A DNA stretch of 64,000 nt from the human T2T-CHM13v2.0 reference genome, Homo sapiens: NCBI RefSeq assembly GCF_009914755.1, contig NC_060933.1; one strand, given 5' to 3'. A program made the translations under genes and the position numbers. The notes under the pieces are model-generated. The model made no database searches and was not told where the DNA came from. It saw only the letters and a list, made by a program, of their open reading frames with translations. This document shows, piece by piece, positions 56,550 through 64,000 of this stretch (position 1 is its first letter; every line of letters starts with the position of its first letter).

Positions 56550-59500
56550 GGAATGGAATGAAATGCAATGGATTCAACTCGATTGCAATGGAATGGAATA
56601 GAATGGAATGGAATGGAATGGAATGGAATGGAATGGAATTAACCCGAATAGAATGGAATGGAATGGAATGGAACTGAATGGAACGGAATGGAATGGAATG
56701 GAATGGAATGGTATGGAATGGAATGGAATGGTACCGAATGGAATGGAATGGAACGAATTGTAATGGTATGGAATTGAATGGAATGGAATGGAATCAACGC
56801 GAGTGCAGGGGAATGTAATGGAACGGAATGCAAAGGAATGGAATCATCCGGAATGGAATGGAATGGAATGGAATGGAATGGAATCAACCCGAGTGCAATG
56901 GAATGGAGTGGAATGGAATGGAATGGAATGGAACAACCCAAATGGAATGGAATGTAATGGAGAGTAAGGGAGTTGAATAGAATCAATCCGTATGTAATGG
57001 AATGGGATGCAACGGAATGGAATGGAATGGAATGGAATGGAATGGAATGGAATGGAATGGAATGCAATGGAATGGAATGGAATGGAATGGAATGCAATGG
57101 AATGGAATCAACCCGAGTACAATGGAATGGAATGGAATGGAATGGAATGGAATGGAATGGAATGGAATGCAATGGAATGGAATCTTCCGGAATGGAATGG
57201 AATGGAATGGAATGGAATGGAATGCAATGGATTCAACTCGATTGCAATGGAATGGAATAGAATGGAATGGAATGGAATGGAATAGAATTAAACCGAATAG
57301 AATGGAATGGAATGGAATGGAACGGAACGGAACGGAACGGAACGGAACGGAGTGGAATGGAATGGAATGGAATTGTATGGAATGGAATGGAATGGAATGG
57401 AATGGAATGGAATCAACCCGAGTGCAGGGGAATGTAATGGAACGGAATGCAATGGAATGGAATCATCCGGAATGGAATGGAATGGAATTGAATGGAATGG
57501 AATGGAATGGAATCAATCCGAGAGCAATGGAATGGAGTGGAATGGAATGGAATGGAATGGTACAACCCGAATGGAATGGAATGTAATGGAGAGTTAGAGT
57601 GTTGAATAGAATCAATCCGAATGTAATGGAATGGAACGGAATGGAATGGAATGGAATGGGATGGAATGGAATGGAATGGAATGGAATGCAATGGAATGGA
57701 ATCAACCCGAGTACAATGGAACGGAATGTAATGTAATGTAATGTAATGTAATGGAATGGAATGGAATGGAATGGAATCAACCCGAGTGCAATGGAATGGA
57801 GAGGAATGGAATAGAATGGAATGGAAACTACCCGAATGGAATGGAATGCAATGGAGTGTAAGGGAATTGAATAGAATCAATCCGAATGGAATGGAATGGA
57901 ATGGAATGGAACGGAATGTAATGGAATGGAATGGAATGGAATCAACACGAGTGCAGGGGAATGGAATGGAAAAGAATGCAATGGAATGGAATCATCCGGA
58001 ATGGAATGGAATGGAATGCAATGGAATGGAATGGAAAGGAATCAAACCGAGTGCAATGGAATGGAGTGAAATGGAATGGAATGGAATGGAAACAACCAGA
58101 ATGGATTGGAATATAATGGAGTGTAAGGGAATTGAATAGAATCAATCTGAATGTAATGAAATGGAATGGAACGGAATGGAATGGAATGGAATGGAATGGA
58201 ATGGAATGCAATGGAAAGGAATCAACCCGAGTGCAATCGAATGGAATCGAATGGAATGGAATGCAATGGAATTGAATCAACCCGAGTACAATGGAATGGA
58301 ATGGAATGGAATGGAATGGAATGATACGGAATAGAATGGAATGGAACGAAATGGAATGGAATGGAATGGAATGGAATGGAATGGAATCGTTCCGAGTGGA
58401 ATAGGAGGGAATGTATTCGAGTGGAATGTAAAGGAATGGTATCATCCAGAGTGGAATGGAAGGGAATGGAATGGAATGGAAACTAATAGAATGGAATCAA
58501 CCCGAGTGGAATGGATTGGAAAGGACTGGAATGGATTGGAATGGAATGGAATCAACTCGATTGTAATGGAATGGAATGGAATGGAATGGAATGGAATGGA
58601 ATGGAATGGAATTAACCCGAATACAATGGAATGGAAGGGAATGGAACGGAATGGAGTGGAATGGAATGGAATCAACCCGAGTGCAGGGGAATGGAATGGA
58701 ATGGAATGCAATGGAATGGAATCATCCGGAATGGAATGGAATGGAATGGAATGCAAAGCAATGGAATCAACTCGATTGCAATGGAATGGAATGGAATGGC
58801 AAGGAATACATTGGAATCAACCCGAGTGGAATGGAATGGAAAGGACTGGAATGGAGTGGAATGGAATGGAATGGAATGGAATGGAATCAACTCGATTGGA
58901 ATGGAATGGAATGGAATGGAATGGAATTAACCCGAATAGAATGGAATGGAATGGAATGGAACGGAATGTAATGGAAAGGAATGGATTGGAATCAACCCGA
59001 CTGCAGGGGAATGGAATGAAACGGAATGGAATGGAATGGAATCATCCGGAACGGAATGGAATGGAATGGAATGGAATCAATTCGATTGCAATGGAATGGA
59101 ATGGAATGGAATGGAATTGAATGGAATGGAATGGAATGGAATCAACCCGACTGCAGGGTAACGGAATGGAATGGAATGCAATGGAATGGAATCATCCGTA
59201 ATGGAATGGAAAGGAATGGAATGGAATGGAATAGAATGGAATGGAATCAACTCGATTGCAATCGAATGGAATGGAATGGAATTAACCCGAATAGAATGGA
59301 ATGGAATGGAATGGAACGGAACGGAACGGAATGGAATGGATTGGAATGGAATGAAATGGAATTAACCCGAATACAATGGAATGGAATGGAATGGAACGGA
59401 ACAGAAAGGAATGGAATGGATTGGAATGGAATGGAATGGAATGGAATCGAATGGAAAGGAAAGGAATGGAATGGAATAGAATGGAATGGAATGGAATGGA

Positions 59501-62500
59501 ATGGAATGGAATCAACGCGAGAGCAGGGGAATGGAATGGAATGGAATGCAATGTAATGGAATCTTCCGGAATGGAATGGAATGGAATGGAATGGAATGGA
59601 ATGGAATGGAATGGAATAAACCCGAGTGCAATGGAATGGAGTGGAATGGAATGGAATGGAATGGAACAACCCGAATGGAATGGAATGTAATGAAGAGTAA
59701 GGGAGTTGAATAGAATCAATCCGAATGTAATGGAATGGAATGGAACGGAATGGAATTGAATGGAATGGAATGGAATGGAATGGAATGGAATGGAATGGAA
59801 TGCAATGGAATGGAATCAACCCGAGTGCAATCGAATGGAATCGAATGGAATGGCATGTAATGGAATGGATTCAACTTGAATGGAATGGAAAGAATGGAAT
59901 CAACACGAGTGGAATGGCATGGATTGGAATGGAATGGAATGGAATCAAACCGAGTACAGGGGAATGGAATGGAATGCAATGCAATGGAATGGAATCATCC
60001 GTAATGGAATGGAAAGGATTGGAATGGAATGGAATGGAATGGAACGGAATGGAATGGAATGGAATGGAATCAACTCGATTGCAATCGAATGGAATGGAAT
60101 GGAATTAACCCGAATAGAATGCAATGGAATGGAATGGGACGGAATGGAATGGAATGGAATGGAATGGAATGGAATGGAATGGAACAGAACGGAACGGAAT
60201 GGATGGAATGGCATGGAATGGAATGGAATGGAATCAACGCGAGTGCAGGGGAATGGAATGGAATGGAATGCAATGGAATGGAATCTTCCGGAATGGAATG
60301 GAATGGAATGGAATGGAATGGAATGAAATGCAATTGATTCAACTCGATTGCAATGGAATGGAATAGAGTGGAATGGAATGGAATGGAATGGAATTAACCC
60401 GAATAGAATGGAATGGAATGGAATGGAATGGAATGGAATGGAATGGAATGGAATGGAATGGAATGCCTTCAAACCGAATGGAATGGAAAGGAATGAAATC
60501 AACACGAGTGGAATGGAATGGAATGGAATGGAATGGGAAGGAATGATACGGAATAGAATGGAATGGAACGAAATGGAATGGAATGGAATGGAATGGAATG
60601 GAATGGAATGGAATGGAATGGAATCGTTCCGAGTGGAATAGGAGGGAATGTATTCGAGTGGAATGGAAAGGAATGGAATCAACCAGAGTGGAATGGAAGG
60701 GAATGGAATGGAATGGAAACTAATAGAATGGAATCAACCCGAGTGGAATAGAATGGAAAGGACTGGAATGGAATGGAATGGAATGGAATCAACTGGATTG
60801 TAATGGAATGGAATGGAATGGAATGGAATGGAATGGAATGGAATGGAATGGAATCAACCCGAGTGCAATGGAATGGAGTGCAATGGAATGGAATGGAATG
60901 GAACAACCCGAATGGAATGGAATGGAATGGAGAGTAAGGGAGTTGAATAGAATCAATCCGAATGTAATGGAATGTAATGGAACGGAATGGAATTGAATGG
61001 AATGGAATGGAATGCAATGGAATGGAATAAACCCGAGTGCAATGGAATGGAGAGGAATGGAATGGAATGGAATGGAAACTACCCGAATGGAATGGAATGT
61101 AATGGAGTGTAAGGGAATTGAATAGAATCAATCCGAATGTAATGGAATGGAATGGAACGGAATGGAATGGAATGGAATGGAATGGAATGGAATGGAATGG
61201 AATGCAATGGAAAGGAATGGAATGCAATGGAATTGAATCAACCCGAGTGCAATCGAATGGAATCGAATTGAATGGAATGCAATGGAATGGATTCAACTTG
61301 AATGGAATGGAAAGAATGGAATCAACAAGAGTGGAATGGCATGGATTGGAATGGAATGGAACGGAATCAACCCGAGTACAGGGGAATGGAATGGAATGGA
61401 ATGCAATGGAATGGAATCATCCGTAATGGAATGGAAAGGAATGGAATGGAATGGAATGGAATCAACTCGATTGCAATCGAATGGAATGGAATGGAATTAA
61501 CCCGAATAGAATGGAATGGAATGGAATGGAACGGAACGGAATGGAATGGAATGGAATGGAATGGAACGGAATGGAATGGAATGGAATACAATGGAATGGA
61601 AACTTCCGGAATGGAATGGAATGGAATGGAATGGAATGAAATGCAATGGATTCAACTCGATTGCAATGGAATGGAATAGAATGGAATGGAATGGAATGGA
61701 ATGGAATGGAATGGAATCAACTCGATTGCAATCGAATGGAATGGAATGGAATTAACCCGAATAGAATGGAATGGAATGGCATGGAACGGAACGGAACGGA
61801 ATGGAATGGATTGGAATGGAATGGAATGGAATGGAATGGAACGGAAATGAATGGAATGGAATGGAATGGAATGGAATGGAATCAACGCGAGTGCAGGGAA
61901 ATGGAATGGAATGGAATGCAATGGAATGGAATCTTCAGGAATGGAATGGAAAGGAATGGAAAGGAACGGAATGGAATGGAATGGAATGGAATGGAATCAA
62001 CTCGATTGCAATCGAATGGAATGGAATGGAATTAACCCGAATAGAATGGAATGGAATGGAATGGAACGGAACGGAATGGAATGGAATGGAATGGAACGGA
62101 ATGGAACGGAACGGAACGGAATGGAATGGAATGGAATGGAATGGAATGGAATCAACGCGAGTGCAGGGGAATGGAATGGAATGGAATGCAATGGAATGGA
62201 ATCTTCCGGAATGGAATGGAATGGAATTGAATGAAATGCAATGGATTCAACTCGATTGCAATGGAATGGAATAGAATGGAATGGAATGGAATGGAATGGA
62301 ATGGAAAGGAATTAACCCGAATAGAATGGGATGGAATGGAATGGAATGCAATGGAACGGAATGGAATGGAATGGAATGGAATGGAATGGAATGGAATGGT
62401 ATGGAATGGAATGGAATGGTACGGAATAGAATGGAATGGAACGAATTGTAATGGAATGGAATTGAATGGAATGGAATGGAATGGAATGGAATCAACGCGA

Positions 62501-64000
62501 GTGCAGGGGAATGTAATGGAACGGAATGCAATGGAATGGAATCATCCGGAATGGAATGGAATGGAATGGAATGGAATGGAATGGAATGGAACAACCCGAA
62601 TGGAATGGAATGTAATGGAGAGTAAGGGAGTTGAATAGAATCAATCCGAATGTAATGGAATGGAATGCAACGGAATGGAATGGAATGGAATGGAATGGAA
62701 TGGAATGCAATGGAATGAAATCAACCCGAGTACGATGGAATGGAATGGAATGGAATGGAATGGAATGGAATGCCTTCAAACCGAATGGAATGGAAAGGAA
62801 TGAAATCAACACGAGTGGAATGGAATGGAATGGAATGCAATGGAATGGAATGGAATGGAATGATACGGAATAGAACGGAATGGAACGAAATGGAATGGAA
62901 TGGAATGGAATGGAATGGAATGGAATGGAATCGTTCCGAGTGGAATAGGAGGGAATGTATTCGAGTGGAATGGAAAGGAATGGAATCAACCAGAGTGGAA
63001 TGGAAGGAAATGGAATGGAATGGAAACTAATAGAATGGAATCTACCAGAGTGGAATGGAATGGAAAGGACTGGAATGGAATGTAATGGAATGGAATGGAA
63101 TGGAATCAACTCGATTGTAATGGAATGGAATGGAATGGAATTAACCCGAATAAAATGGAATGGAATGGAATGGAATGCAATGGAATGGAATCATCCGGAA
63201 TGGAATGGAATGTAATGGAATCAACTCCATTGCAATGGAATGGAATGGAATGGAATGGAAGAGAATGGAATGGAATTAACCCGAATAGAATGGAATGCAA
63301 TAGAATGGAATGGAACGGAACCGAATAGAGTGGAATGGAATGGAATGGAATCAACCTGAGTGCAGGGGAATGGAATGGAATGGAATGAAATGGAAAGGAA
63401 TCATCCGCAATGGAATGGAATGGAATGGAATGGAATCAAACCGAGTGCAATGGAATGGAGTGAAATGGAATGGAATGGAATGGAAACAACCAGAATGGAT
63501 TGGAATATAATGCAGTGTAAGGGAATTGAATAGAATCAATCTGAATGTAATGAAATGGAATCGAACGGAATGGAATGGAATGGAATTCAATCGAATGGAA
63601 TAGAATGGAATGGAATCAACTCGAGTGCAATGGAATGGATTCGAATGGAATGGAATGGAGTGGATTGGATTCTACCCGAATGGAATGGAAAGGAATGGAA
63701 TCAACCCGAGTGGAATGGCATGGAATGGAATGGAATGGAATGGAATGGAATGGAATGGAATGGAACGGAATGGTTCGGAATAGAATGGATTGGAACAAAA
63801 TGGAATGGAATGGAATGGAATGGAATGGAATGGAATGGAATGGAATGGAATCAAGTCGATTGCAATGGAATAGAATGGAATGGAATGGAACGGATTGGAA
63901 TGGAATGGAATGGAATGGAATGGAATTAAATGGAATGGAATGGAATGGAATCAACCCGAGTGCAGGGGAAAGGAATGGAATGGAATGCAATGGAATGGAA
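56550..64000 (+). repeat. Near-identical second copy of ~27.2-34.5 kb (start of next ~29.5 kb unit, runs off window)
   Basis: Shared private markers: CTGCAGGGTAACGG (29471/59151), GGGAAGGAATGATACGG (~30979/60535), CTACCAGAG (33521/63042), CAAGTCGATT (34331/63852). Confidence 0.93.

Larger units (their letters stand above)
27180..56550 (+). repeat. ~29.4-29.7 kb large repeat unit (first copy), internally a diverged mosaic of HSat3 modules
   Basis: Sequence from ~27.2 kb recurs from ~56.55 kb. ORF-track offsets are 29680 (27627/57307, 28661/58341), 29556 (30389/59945), 29561 (31557/61118) and 29521 (33110/62631, 34034/63555). Only ~7.4 kb of the second copy lies in the window, so full-length tandem periodicity is inferred. 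Confidence 0.7.
1..64000 (+). repeat. Human Satellite 3 (HSat3/SatIII) array, (GGAAT)n with CAACCCGAGT interruptions; G/A-rich strand is +, no inversion
   Basis: GGAAT pentamer dominates every line. The interspersed CAACCCGAGT (reverse complement ACTCGGGTTG) decamer is the classical satellite 3 signature, first at 6-15. No non-satellite insertion was seen. Confidence 0.98.

Noticed and set aside
11686-56735. KpnI sites suggesting the 1.8 kb D15Z1 repeat
   Set aside because: Only four sites were seen, spaced 7.8, 7.9 and 29.4 kb, not 1.8 kb.
1-64000. Hundreds of ORFs up to 369 aa (e.g. 38786..39895, 47109..48155)
   Set aside because: (GGAAT)n has no stop codon in any frame on either strand and supplies ATG every 5 bp. 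The products are poly-WNGME / poly-FHSIP, overlap in all six frames and have no domain content.
1-64000. CRISPR-like repeat/spacer appearance
   Set aside because: The 'spacers' are a small set of recurring in-register pentamer variants, not unique sequences; the repeat runs vary in length and there are no cas genes.
1-64000. SCA31-type (TGGAA)n expansion encoding poly-WNGME
   Set aside because: The pentamer is the same, but there is no flanking unique or Alu sequence and no TAAAA/TAGAA blocks; size and CAACCCGAGT words indicate constitutive HSat3.
1-64000. HSat2 / DUX4-target satellite or alpha-satellite CENP-B boxes
   Set aside because: No HSat2 ~23-26 bp CATTCGATTC/GATGAT-type unit, no alphoid monomer, and no CENP-B box were seen.

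Overview
The whole 64 kb window is one uninterrupted, single-orientation array of Human Satellite 3 (HSat3/SatIII type, human or great-ape pericentromeric or acrocentric heterochromatin). It consists of (GGAAT)n on the + strand, punctuated by the diagnostic CAACCCGAGT decamer and a small vocabulary of other variant words. I see no genes, RNA genes, transposons or inversions; every ORF in the track is a translation of the pentamer (WNGME / FHSIP). The real information is higher-order structure. (i) A near-identical ~7.8 kb unit is tandemly repeated from ~6.1 kb (two full copies plus a third). (ii) At ~27.1-27.26 kb the third copy switches, through a shared ~2.1-2.4 kb segment, into a ~29.4-29.7 kb unit whose next copy starts at ~56.55 kb. 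(iii) There are older diverged paralogies and small local duplications. Recurrent motifs include about 50 perfect three-unit heat-shock elements (GGAAT-CTTCC-GGAAT), about 30 copies of a 14-bp palindrome (TCGATTGCAATCGA), a motif pair held at 175 bp spacing, and pentamer-register slips that were all -1 wherever I traced them. Counts and boundaries were made by eye and from ORF-track offsets, and should be confirmed by alignment. I cannot assign chromosome or HSat3 subfamily from the sequence alone.
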